Positions 20,227 to 28,679 of a DNA stretch of 64,000 nt are shown one piece after another. The notes under the pieces were generated by a model that saw nothing but the letters and a program-made list of their open reading frames with translations, did not search any database and was not told the DNA's origin. The translations under genes and the position numbers were made by a program. This DNA is from Chloroflexota bacterium. Its GTDB lineage: Bacteria; Chloroflexota; Dehalococcoidia; Lucifugimonadales; UBA3495. Location of the stretch: NCBI GenBank assembly GCA_028875055.1, contig JAPPGG010000043.1, positions 65,272 through 129,271 on the forward strand. Reading direction: 5' to 3'. Each line of letters begins with the position of its first letter. Within the stretch, counting starts at the first letter, position 1.

Positions 20227-20624
20227 GTCGTAGCATATTCAAAAGTTTCCTGGACAGTGCCTTTCGGCCCATTGTTGGAAACAGGTCTGAGGAGGCCAGT
20301 TATCCTGGACAACAGCACCAACTTAATGCGAATGGCAAGGGGAGAGCGACGAGTCAAGAACTTCAAACGCTCATGTTGTGGAAGGGAGTGAACGTATTCC
20401 ACATAAGTTTCAATGGCGCCTTTTAGCTGCTCAAAGGCCTCCTCATAGGTTTCGCCTTGGGCGGCTATATCAAAGTCCACGCAAAGAGCTTCCCATTCGT
20501 CATCGCTTCGCCAAAGGTAACACTTGAGAACAGTGCTTACCACAGCAAAAACCTCCGGTCGCGTATCTGTGGGGGGATCTCCCGCCGCAAGAGTTATCTT
20601 GCCAACTTCACGCGTTGATTCCAC
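20223..20624 (-). CDS. hicB: HicB-like antitoxin-fold protein (UPF0150/HicB N-terminal domain)
   Basis: KCYLWRSDDEWEALCVDFDIAAQGETYEEAFEQLKGAIETYVEYV matches the HicB beta-alpha fold pattern (..GeT.eEA..n..eAie). GTG start after AAGGAAAGG. Lower-GC neighbourhood. No obvious RHH/HTH tail. Confidence 0.6.
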   Translation of the reverse strand: MESTREVGKITLAAGDPPTDTRPEVFAVVSTVLKCYLWRSDDEWEALCVDFDIAAQGETYEEAFEQLKGAIETYVEYVHSLPQHERLKFLTRRSPLAIRIKLVLLSRITGLLRPVSNNGPKGTVQETFEYATT

Positions 20625-20755
20625 CTTTCCTTACCCTTCCTGCCTGCCTCGTGGTGGGAGCGTTTGCGAGTTGGTTGCTCACCCTAAACCACGATGTGCC
20701 CTTTGGACATGGGGGCCTAGAAAGGATTGATCCTTCAAAGCCAAAACAATAGAGG

Positions 20756-21112
20756 CTACACCAGAAGGGCGTCGGTGGGGATTAAGCGCTGGCCCGCGGG
20801 GTCAACCGCCAGGAGGGCGCGCTCCAAGGTGTAGACGCCCAGCAGCGCATCGGCGTTGTCATCTCCGAAGACAACCACGGTGTTAACGATTTGACCCTCG
20901 AGGCGAACCTGGGTTTCACCGATGGCCCGCTGTATTGTGGATCCGTTTGCCAGGCGGAACCTGACGTTTTCGGTGGGTTGGACGCCCAGATTGCGAAGCA
21001 AAGTTGCGGGTACCTGCGTGAAGGTAGCTCCGGTGTCAACCAGGGCCATTACTTCCTGGAACTCGCTGGCGTTGGGGCCAGTGATTTCCAACGGGTAATG
21101 GAAGATGCTCAT
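20756..21112 (-). CDS. Single-domain retropepsin-like (clan AA) aspartyl protease
   Basis: ALVDTGATFTQVP contains the D-T-G-A active-site motif. About 118 aa, consistent with a homodimeric half-pepsin. An upstream ATG at 21136 is also possible. Confidence 0.7.
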   Translation of the reverse strand: MSIFHYPLEITGPNASEFQEVMALVDTGATFTQVPATLLRNLGVQPTENVRFRLANGSTIQRAIGETQVRLEGQIVNTVVVFGDDNADALLGVYTLERALLAVDPAGQRLIPTDALLV

Positions 21113-21155
21113 CTCAAACCTCCGCAGGGTATCCACATTATAGCATTGCGGCAGC

Positions 21156-22613
21156 CTAAAGCCCCGGCCGGGCCTTGTGCCAGTCGGTGGCCTGCTCGTA
21201 GGCGCAGGCCACGTTCAGCAGCGTGCTTTCGGACAGGTGGGGGCCGATGAGCTGCATCCCCACCGGCAGGCCGTCGGAGAAGCCGCAGGGCACGGACATT
21301 GCCGGCAGACCGGCGATGTTGATGGGCAGGGTGCAGACGTCAATCAGGTACATCTGCACCGGGTCGGCGGTCTTTTCGCCAATGGGGAAGGCCACCACCG
21401 GTGAGGTGGGGGTGACCAGGGCGTCCACCTGCTTGAAGACACGGGCAAAGTCCTGTCGGATGAGCGTGCGAACCTGCTGGGCCTTGAGATAGTAGGCATC
21501 GTAGTAGCCGGCGGACAGGGCGTAGGCGCCCAGCATTATCCGTCGCTTGACCTCGGGGCCAAACCCCTGCTGGCGGGTGGTTTCCATGGCCTGCCACATA
21601 TCCGTCGTGTCCTGGTAGGAGTAGCCGAACTTTACGCCGTCGTAGCGGGCCAGGTTTGCCGAGCACTCGGAGGGTGCGATGATGTAATAACAGGCCAGGG
21701 CGTATTCGGTAGTGGGCAGGGAAACGGGTTCCACCGAGGCCCCCAATCCCTCCAGCTCGCTGATTGCCGCCTCCACCGCCGCCCTCACTCCCGGCTCCAT
21801 CCCGTCCACGAAATACTCCCCGGGAATGCCCAGGCGCAGGCCCTTTATGTCTCCGGTCAGGCCGGCGGTAAAGTCGGTGGCTGGCAGGTCCAGGGAAGTA
21901 GAATCCCTGGAGTCGTAGCCGGCGATGGCGTTCAGGGTGATGGCGCAGTCCATTGCGCTCTTGCCCACGGGACCGATCTGGTCCAGGGACGAAGCGAAGG
22001 CAACCAGGCCGTAGCGGCTGACGCGACCATAGGTGGGCTTGAGGCCCACCACGCCGCAAAGGGAGGCTGGCTGGCGGATGCTGCCGCCGGTATCGGAACC
22101 CAGGGCCACGATGGCCTCGTCGGCGGCCACCGAGGCCGCGGCTCCACCGCTGCTGCCGCCCGGAACCCGGTCCAGGTCCCAGGGATTGTGGGTGGGAAAG
22201 AAGGCCGAGTTTTCGCAGGAGGACCCCATGGCGAACTCGTCCATGTTGCCCTTGCCCAGCAGCACGGCGTCCTGCCGCGACAGTTTCTCCCAGACGGTGG
22301 CGTCATACACCGGCACGTAGTTTTCCAGCATGCGCGAGGAGCAGGTGGTGGGTATGCCCCGGGTGCTGATAAGGTCCTTTACCTGCACCGGAATGCCGGT
22401 CATGGGTCCGCCCCGGCCCTGGGCCAGGGTCTTGTCGGCTTCCCCGGCCTGCCGCAGGGCGTGGGATTCGGTGAGGGTGACGTAGGCCTTGACCCGTTCC
22501 TCCACCTGCCCGATGCGTTCGAAGCAGGAACGGGCCAGGTCCACGGCGCTGAAAGACCCGGAATCCAGTCCGGCCCGGGCCTCGTGTAAAGTCAACTGCC
22601 AAAGTTCAGGCAA
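21156..22613 (-). CDS. gatA: Glu-tRNA(Gln)/Asp-tRNA(Asn) amidotransferase subunit A
   Basis: 485 aa, amidase signature [13 protein letters not shown], follows gatC. Confidence 0.92.
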   Translation of the reverse strand: MPELWQLTLHEARAGLDSGSFSAVDLARSCFERIGQVEERVKAYVTLTESHALRQAGEADKTLAQGRGGPMTGIPVQVKDLISTRGIPTTCSSRMLENYVPVYDATVWEKLSRQDAVLLGKGNMDEFAMGSSCENSAFFPTHNPWDLDRVPGGSSGGAAASVAADEAIVALGSDTGGSIRQPASLCGVVGLKPTYGRVSRYGLVAFASSLDQIGPVGKSAMDCAITLNAIAGYDSRDSTSLDLPATDFTAGLTGDIKGLRLGIPGEYFVDGMEPGVRAAVEAAISELEGLGASVEPVSLPTTEYALACYYIIAPSECSANLARYDGVKFGYSYQDTTDMWQAMETTRQQGFGPEVKRRIMLGAYALSAGYYDAYYLKAQQVRTLIRQDFARVFKQVDALVTPTSPVVAFPIGEKTADPVQMYLIDVCTLPINIAGLPAMSVPCGFSDGLPVGMQLIGPHLSESTLLNVACAYEQATDWHKARPGL

Positions 22614-22619
22614 GGGGAC

Positions 22620-22910
22620 TTACTCCTCCAAAACGGCCTTTACGCGGAACAGGTCGCCCTCGCGACGGGGTGCGTTCAGCAGGGTGTCCTCGGGGTCCAG
22701 GGGTTCGTCGGGCACGTCTTCACGCATGACAGAGCTTACTTCCACGGCGTGGCCGGTGGGTTCCACCGCGCTGGTGTCCAACTGCTTCAGCAACTCAAAC
22801 TGTTCCAGGATGTTGGACAACTGCTCCTGGAAGGTGGTTATTTCCTCGTCGGACAGGCCGATGCGGGCCAGGGCAGCTATGTGTTCAACGTCGGCGCGGT
22901 CAAGGGGCAT
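22620..22910 (-). CDS. gatC: Glu-tRNA(Gln)/Asp-tRNA(Asn) amidotransferase subunit C
   Basis: 96 aa. VEHIAALARIGLSDEE...L.QLD is typical of GatC. 6 nt upstream of gatA. Confidence 0.88.
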   Translation of the reverse strand: MPLDRADVEHIAALARIGLSDEEITTFQEQLSNILEQFELLKQLDTSAVEPTGHAVEVSSVMREDVPDEPLDPEDTLLNAPRREGDLFRVKAVLEE

Positions 22911-22924
22911 ATATTTCCCTTTCT

Positions 22925-23001
22925 ATCCACGAATGGGCACGAATAGACACTAATGGAATTTAGCAAATAACATTCTTGCCTATTCGGGTGTATTCGTGGA
23001 T
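22925..23001. repeat. Family-D hairpin repeat (ATCCACGAATGGGCACGAAT type)
   Basis: atccacgaatgggcacgaata ... tattcgggtgtattcgtggat is an imperfect long inverted repeat between the SDR stop and the gatC start. Same core as 47938-48002. Confidence 0.7.
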
Positions 23002-23007
23002 GAGTTT

Positions 23008-23859
23008 CTAGTTCATCTCCGAGCCGCCGGAGACGCTGATGGAGAGACCGGTCATATAGTCGGACTCGGCGGAGGACAGGAAGGCGGCCATATTGGCGAT
23101 GTCGCCGCCCTGGGCAATACGGCCCATGGGCACCCGGGTGGAGCGTTCCTGCACCATCAGGGCCCGGTGTTCTTCGGCCGACTCGCCCTCGGCGGCCAGG
23201 GCGGCGGCGATGAAGTCCACGCGCTCGGTATCCACCAGGCCGGGGCAGATGGCGTTGACATTGACCCTGTGGGACGCCATCTCCTGGGCCAGGGCCTGGG
23301 TGAAGCCCACCAGGGCAAACTTGGAAGCACAGTAAACGGCGTAACGGGCGATGCCCCGCTTGCCGGCGCCCGAGGAGATGATGATTATCTTGCCGCCGCC
23401 GCCCCGGGCCACCATGTGGCGGGACACGGCGCGGGAACACAGGTAGGTGCCGCGGACGTTGACCCGCATCACCTCGTCGAAGGCGTCCTCCTCCAGGTCC
23501 ACCACCAGGACCCGGTCCCTGCCGGGGCGGGAACCGGCGTTGTTGACCAGGATGTCTATCTTGCCGAAGCGGTCCAGCACCTGCCTGACCATGTCGTCCA
23601 CCTGGCCGCTGTCGGAAACGTCGGAAAAGATGCCCAGGGCCTGACGACCTTCGGCCTCGATTTCCTGGACCACGCTGGGCAAGCCTTCCCAGCCTTCGGC
23701 CCGGTCCTCGGCGCGGATGGCTGTTACGGATTCAGGGATGTCGGTTACCACCACGTCGGCGCCCTCGCGGGCGAGGCGGGTGGCGATGGCGCGGCCAATT
23801 CCGTGACGGCCGCCGGCGCCGGTTACCAAGGCTACTTTGCCGCTGAGGTCATACATCAC
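23008..23859 (-). CDS. SDR oxidoreductase (FabG-like 3-oxoacyl reductase family)
   Basis: KVALVTGAGGRHGIGRAIA, NNAG, YCASKFALVGFT catalytic Y..K. Confidence 0.85.
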   Translation of the reverse strand: MMYDLSGKVALVTGAGGRHGIGRAIATRLAREGADVVVTDIPESVTAIRAEDRAEGWEGLPSVVQEIEAEGRQALGIFSDVSDSGQVDDMVRQVLDRFGKIDILVNNAGSRPGRDRVLVVDLEEDAFDEVMRVNVRGTYLCSRAVSRHMVARGGGGKIIIISSGAGKRGIARYAVYCASKFALVGFTQALAQEMASHRVNVNAICPGLVDTERVDFIAAALAAEGESAEEHRALMVQERSTRVPMGRIAQGGDIANMAAFLSSAESDYMTGLSISVSGGSEMN

Positions 23860-23971
23860 TTACCTCTCAATCTGCCACGAAGGAACGCGAAGAATAACGA
23901 AGGGGGAGTCGGCCACGAAGGCTTCTCTGGGGGCCTTTTCCAAAGATTAGCGCTTATTCGTGGACTCTGGA

Positions 23972-24412
23972 CTATTCGCTGTTGCTGGGCAGGGCAATTA
24001 TGGCCGTTCCGCCTACGTACCGCTCGCCTGCTTCGCCCATCATCAGCACGTCGCACTCAATCAGGTTTTCCCCATCTTCTTCCCTGGTGTCGGTAATGGT
24101 GGCGGACACGAGCAGGGGTTTGTTATGGGGGACGGGCTGGCGGAACACCAGGTCCAGGTCCTTCAGGGCTTCGGGGCCCGCCCAGTCGGTGAGGGCCTGG
24201 CTCATAATGGCCATGCTCATAACGCCGGGGACTATGGGGCCGGGGAGGCCGGACTTTTCGGCTATTTCCTGGCTGGTGAAGCGGTTGGGCATGGGGTTGC
24301 CCCACAGTGCGCAGAAGTTGGCGACATTATCGTCAGTGGCCACCAACTCTATCGGGCCGATTTCATCGCCCAGGTCAATGTCTTCAAAGAAGGGTCCATT
24401 GTGGTCAGGCAT
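23972..24412 (-). CDS. MaoC-family hot-dog dehydratase subunit
   Basis: 146 aa, single hot-dog. Adjacent to and co-oriented with the N-terminal-type subunit. Confidence 0.72.
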   Translation of the reverse strand: MPDHNGPFFEDIDLGDEIGPIELVATDDNVANFCALWGNPMPNRFTSQEIAEKSGLPGPIVPGVMSMAIMSQALTDWAGPEALKDLDLVFRQPVPHNKPLLVSATITDTREEDGENLIECDVLMMGEAGERYVGGTAIIALPSNSE

Positions 24413-24420
24413 GGGTGGTC

Positions 24421-24897
24421 TTACTCCCGGGACGCGTAGGATTCCTGGACGTCGGCCACGACCAGGCCGTCCTGGTTGGTGAAGGTGGTCTCCCAGACGG
24501 TGAAAACCATGGTGCCGCTGCGGCCGGTTTTGGGGTACACCTCCTTCAAATGAGAGGAGGCCATCAGGCTGTCGCCAGCCACGATGGGAGCGCGGGACTG
24601 GACCCGCTGCCCGGCGTGGAAGCGCACGACACCGAAATTCAGTTCAATGTCAGGAAGCTCCACGTTCCGCACCAGCATGGTGACCAGGGTGGGGGGCGCC
24701 AGAACGCCGGAGTACCCTGCCGCCTGGGCCGTGGCGTGGTCGGTGAACATGGCGTTGGTCTCGCCGATGCTGCGGTTGAAAGTCTGGATCAGTTCGGGGG
24801 TAATTTCAAAGGGACCGGCCTCGTGTTCGACGCCGTACAGGTCCCGGTTGTATTCCAGTTCCATCGTCATTGAGGGAAGCTCCTCTGTCTTATCCAC
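24421..24897 (-). CDS. MaoC/FAS1-like dehydratase, N-terminal-type hot-dog subunit
   Basis: 158 aa. F.RSIGETNAMFTD resembles F.EAIGDPNPQYTD of 7543..8001. Confidence 0.72.
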   Translation of the reverse strand: MDKTEELPSMTMELEYNRDLYGVEHEAGPFEITPELIQTFNRSIGETNAMFTDHATAQAAGYSGVLAPPTLVTMLVRNVELPDIELNFGVVRFHAGQRVQSRAPIVAGDSLMASSHLKEVYPKTGRSGTMVFTVWETTFTNQDGLVVADVQESYASRE

Positions 24898-24970
24898 GAA
24901 TCGTCAGGAATTATCATTAATGATCGTTGCCATTGGCAGGTACTTGTGGTGATCAGTATGGATTCGCGGA

Positions 24971-25627
24971 TCAGTTATTCTGCTGGATGTCCTTCAGCCA
25001 CACGGGGGTAAAGTCGCCGGCCAGCAGGGCATCCACCAGCTGGCGCTCGTTCTTGATGTCGGTTGGGAAGGAGGTCATACAGGTTCCCAGGTGGCTGGCC
25101 AGGTGAGCGTCGCTGCCGCCGGTGCCCAGGTAGCTGTGATCCCGGCACAGGGTGTCGGCGCGTTCATTCTCTCCGGCCCGGCTGCCGCCGTTTATCCGCT
25201 CCACTATGTCGAGGCCGGGAAAGGTTTCCCCCTGCTCCATATATTCCACCAGGCCAATGCCAAAGCGTCCCGGGTGGGCGGGAACGGCGATGGCCCCGTG
25301 GTGGCGGGCGGCCTTTATCAGCTCCCGCGCGTCCATTTTCACGTCGCCCAGGTCAATGTCCTTCGCCAGTCCTTCGTTAACGCCGTACACCAGGACGTGG
25401 CCGCAGCGGGTATCGAGTTCCGACGCTTTCATTATGAGGACGTTGTATTCGGCCGCCAACTGGGAATAGTCCTTGTCAAAGTCGAACTTGCGGTGCTCGG
25501 TGAGCACGAAGCCGTCAATGGTGCAGCCCCGCTTGTCCCGGAGAACCTGGACCCATTTTACGTACTGCTCAACAGTGGCGCGGGAATCGTCGGACGAAAC
25601 GGAATGGCTGTGCAGGTCAATATACAT
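24971..25627 (-). CDS. PHP-domain metal-dependent phosphoesterase
   Basis: MYIDLHSHSVSSDD N-terminal His motif, later AHP and GGSDAH motifs. Confidence 0.8.
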   Translation of the reverse strand: MYIDLHSHSVSSDDSRATVEQYVKWVQVLRDKRGCTIDGFVLTEHRKFDFDKDYSQLAAEYNVLIMKASELDTRCGHVLVYGVNEGLAKDIDLGDVKMDARELIKAARHHGAIAVPAHPGRFGIGLVEYMEQGETFPGLDIVERINGGSRAGENERADTLCRDHSYLGTGGSDAHLASHLGTCMTSFPTDIKNERQLVDALLAGDFTPVWLKDIQQNN

Positions 25628-25836
25628 CGGTTGCGAACTATGCTCCAGGCAGCGGTTTCCGGCAGTGCTCCAGCCGGATTGCGCCGCCCCCTTGGGCCGC
25701 CCGTACCCGCGCTGAAGTTGCTCTTAGCTACGGCAACAATAATAGCGTTTGGGCCGTTATTCGGCAACCAAACGCAGGAACGAAGGGGGGCGTACGGCCC
25801 TGGCATACCAAGGCGACGGGGCGGGCAGTCCGTTTA

Positions 25837-25865
25837 TTGACTACCTATGGGCCCCTTAATATAAT
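25837..25865 (+). promoter_or_regulatory. Near-consensus sigma-70-type promoter for the TPP decarboxylase genes
   Basis: TTGACT (25837-25842), 17-nt spacer, TATAAT (25860-25865). GAGGAG RBS and ATG at 25908 lie downstream. Confidence 0.6.
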
Positions 25866-25907
25866 GGGGCAGATTTGAAGCCAAATTCGGTCCCGTGAGG
25901 AGAGTTA

Positions 25908-26414
25908 ATGACAACCTACGATTCAGTGTTGCACCCACCGGCAATCATTGCCGAGTTGAAGAAGAACAACATTACCCACGTGGTCTGGCTGCCGGACAGC
26001 GAGACCAATTTCATGTACCAGCTCTTGAACGACGAGGACTCGCTGGACCTGGTGCCCGTGTGCCGCGAAGGCGAGACAATGGCCATCGCCGCCGGTCTGT
26101 GGGTGGGCGGCAAGAAGCCCGTAGTCCTGATCCAGAACACGGGCATTTTCGAGTCCGGCGACTCCATTCGGGGGCTGGGCCTGGACATTAACCAGCCGCT
26201 GGTGATGCTCATCGGCTACCGGGGCTGGACGCGCCGGGGCCCCACGCCCGATTCGGCGGCCCGCTATATTGAGCCCATACTGCACACCTGGGGCATCAAC
26301 TGCTACCTGATTGAAACCGATGACGACGCCGACCGCATCAGCATTGCCTGCGAAGAGGCGGAGCGCACCCAGAAGCCCGTCGGTGTCCTGGTCGGCACCG
26401 AATTCGGCGTCTAG
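25908..26414 (+). CDS. Sulfopyruvate/phosphonopyruvate decarboxylase-like TPP enzyme, alpha (pyrimidine-binding) subunit
   Basis: 168 aa. VVWLPDSE...VCREGETMAIAAGLW.GGKKPVVLIQNTG resembles ComD-type alpha subunits. Confidence 0.72.
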   Translation: MTTYDSVLHPPAIIAELKKNNITHVVWLPDSETNFMYQLLNDEDSLDLVPVCREGETMAIAAGLWVGGKKPVVLIQNTGIFESGDSIRGLGLDINQPLVMLIGYRGWTRRGPTPDSAARYIEPILHTWGINCYLIETDDDADRISIACEEAERTQKPVGVLVGTEFGV

Positions 26415-26438
26415 CCCGTTACTGAGGAGATAGAGAGC

Positions 26439-27035
26439 ATGATTAACAACACCGACGCCGTAAAGCTTATCGACAGCAAGCGGACCGATTCGGTTATTGT
26501 ACCTACAATGAACGCCAACAACGTGGGCTTCGGACTGCCCAGCGTTACCAGCAACCAGGACCTGGACCTGCCCCTTTCCGGCGCCATGGGCAAGGCCTCC
26601 AACCTGGGCCTGGGAATCGCCCTGGCCCAGCCCGACCGCAAGGTTATGGTGCTGGACGGGGACGGCAGCCTTCTGATGAACCTGGGCGCCATGGTAACCT
26701 CGGCCAACAAGGCCCCCACCAATTTCTACCACTTCCTGTTCAACAACAAGGTCTATGCCGTTACCGGCGGGCAGCCCATTCCGGGCTCCGAGTGCCAGGA
26801 CTGGGAAGGAATGGCCAAGGCAGCGGGATATGCCGCCGTCTTTTCCTACGACAACCTGGAAGACTTCACCACCGGCATTGACGAAGCGCTGGCCGCCACC
26901 GGCCCGGTGTTCATTCACCTGTCCATTGAGCCGCAGATTGAGAACACGCCGGTGCAGTTCCGCCAGCGTTCTCCCCGCACGGTCAAGATGGCCTTTGACG
27001 AAGTACCGGCGGCCCTGGGTGTCGGCTCCGACTAA
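26439..27035 (+). CDS. Sulfopyruvate/phosphonopyruvate decarboxylase-like TPP enzyme, beta (diphosphate-binding) subunit
   Basis: 198 aa. Canonical TPP motif VLDGDGSLLMNLGAM...FLFNNKVY (GDG-x24-NN). Confidence 0.75.
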   Translation: MINNTDAVKLIDSKRTDSVIVPTMNANNVGFGLPSVTSNQDLDLPLSGAMGKASNLGLGIALAQPDRKVMVLDGDGSLLMNLGAMVTSANKAPTNFYHFLFNNKVYAVTGGQPIPGSECQDWEGMAKAAGYAAVFSYDNLEDFTTGIDEALAATGPVFIHLSIEPQIENTPVQFRQRSPRTVKMAFDEVPAALGVGSD

Positions 27036-27134
27036 GGTCGGGCAGCGCCTTTTTTCCGGAAGCAACATTTGGCGGGGCGGCCCCTTGCTGGCCGCCCCGC
27101 TTTGTTTGTATATTGAACCCGTAAGGCCGGGGCA

Positions 27135-27312
27135 GTAACAGTTCAGGGTTGCTGAGTTGCAGTGGCCTGGCAAGCGTCATCGCGGCGCAGGCCGGAATCC
27201 AGCAAGGCTGACGGCGCATAAGGCAAGCATAGCAAGGATTCCCGGATTCCGGGCGAAGGCCGGTATGACGGCGCTGGCTGGCAGGGAAATTTCACCCATT
27301 CTGAACTCTTGC
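27135..27312. repeat. MITE-like repeat, family B (178 bp)
   Basis: Left end GTAACAGTTCAGGGTTG, right end CATTCTGAACTCTTGC (12 of 17 complementary). The internal cgtcatcgcggcgcaggccggaatcc hairpin and ggtatgacggcgctggctggcagggaaat tail match 62102-62281. Confidence 0.75.
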
Positions 27313-27357
27313 GCGGGGCAAGGGACGGTCGCCAGGGTTTGGAAACGGTTGTAGCAA

Positions 27358-27630
27358 TTGATTAAGGACTTGAGCAGGAGCCTGCTGGGGCGGCTGATCA
27401 GCCTGGGCGTTTTTGCCCTGGGGTTCTGGGTGCTGTACCAGGGACTGCTGCGGGACGACAACCTGCTGCTGCTGGCCCTGGGCGTGGTATCGGGCAGCGC
27501 GCTCATCCTGGGGGGCCTGTACCTAATGGCCACCACGAGACGCCTGGCTGCCCGGGCGGCAGCGCAGCGGGAAAAGGAACTGGAGGAGACGACCGGTGAT
27601 TCCCTCGAAGGAAGCGGCAAGGGCGATTAG
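27358..27630 (+). CDS. Hypothetical small membrane protein (2 TM)
   Basis: 90 aa, TTG start. Two hydrophobic helices (LISLGVFALGFWVLY, LLLLALGVVSGSALILGGLYLMA). Overlaps the next ORF by 35 nt. Support is only ORF length and hydrophobicity. Confidence 0.4.
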   Translation: MIKDLSRSLLGRLISLGVFALGFWVLYQGLLRDDNLLLLALGVVSGSALILGGLYLMATTRRLAARAAAQREKELEETTGDSLEGSGKGD

Positions 27631-28165
27631 TTTCCACCGGCAGGACGCGCTGGTGGTATCGACCTCGGCGGCGCTGCGGGACTGGAACCAGGTTTCGGAA
27701 CGGCGGGAACTGGATATTGACCTGACGGACTGCATGGACCGGGCCCCGGCGGTGGGCCTGGGCCTGTCGCTGGCCCAGCCGGAACGCAAGGTGCTGGTGC
27801 TGGACTGCGACGCCACCCTGCGCACGGACCTGGGGTCCCTGGCGACCATTGGCGAGTCGCGGCCGGAAAACCTGGTCCACTTCGTATTTGACGATGCCAC
27901 CCACCTTTCCACCGACGGAATTCCGGTGGAGGGCCTGGACAACGTGAACTTCGCTTCCATGGCCGAGGGGGCCGGCTACACCCGCACCTACCGGTTCGAA
28001 AACCCGGAGGAACTGTTCATCGGGCTGGAAGAGGTGATGAAAGAAACCGGCCCGGTGTTCGTGGTGGTGAAGGTGCTGCGGGATGAGGCATTGGCTCCCT
28101 TCCCGGAGCGGCGAATGGCCGAAGGCTGGGCGGAAGTAAGGGAGACGCTGCTTTCAGGAGGGTAA
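27596..28165 (+). CDS. TPP-enzyme beta-subunit paralogue with a degenerate cofactor motif
   Basis: Aligns with 26439..27035 (AVGLGLSLAQPERKVLVLD vs NLGLGIALAQPDRKVMVLD). GDGS is replaced by CDAT (27803-27814) and NN by DD. GTG start. Confidence 0.65.
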   Translation: MIPSKEAARAISFHRQDALVVSTSAALRDWNQVSERRELDIDLTDCMDRAPAVGLGLSLAQPERKVLVLDCDATLRTDLGSLATIGESRPENLVHFVFDDATHLSTDGIPVEGLDNVNFASMAEGAGYTRTYRFENPEELFIGLEEVMKETGPVFVVVKVLRDEALAPFPERRMAEGWAEVRETLLSGG

Positions 28166-28280
28166 CGGTCTTCGGACAGCTGGAGAAAGCATTTCAGGGA
28201 GGCCTGGAGACATTTGGTCCCGGCGAAAGTCAATCCGAGCGGCATAACCGGCTAATCTGCGCGTCATTGGGGAGTGAGTT

Positions 28281-28649
28281 ATGGCAGCAGCAACCGACTA
28301 CCTGCGAATCCTCGGAGACCTGGGAATCGACACAGACCAATCGGGACCAAGGCAGGACAACTCGAGCCGGATACTGCGGGGCAAGGACGGCCGGCGGTAC
28401 TCCGGCCTGCACTTGAACCGGCAGGCGGGCATCACCTACTTCGTGGTAAGTCCTGGCGCAGCGGCGGCGGAAATTGACTGGAACCTGTGGCAGGAGGCGC
28501 CGCCTTCGGTATCCATACCCCGCTTTGACCTGGACAAGCAAAACATTGTCCCCAAACCGGGGCAGGAGCGGCGGGCGCTGCAGAGCTTGCTGGGGGTGTC
28601 CTCGAGCGGGGGCCTGTTGAATTTCCTCAAGGGCCTGTTCGGCCGCTAA
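28281..28649 (+). CDS. Hypothetical protein
   Basis: 122-aa ORF with GC3-rich codon usage like the neighbours. No recognisable motif. Confidence 0.4.
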   Translation: MAAATDYLRILGDLGIDTDQSGPRQDNSSRILRGKDGRRYSGLHLNRQAGITYFVVSPGAAAAEIDWNLWQEAPPSVSIPRFDLDKQNIVPKPGQERRALQSLLGVSSSGGLLNFLKGLFGR

Positions 28650-28679
28650 AGCCCGGGCGGGCCAGCCAGCTGCCGGACG

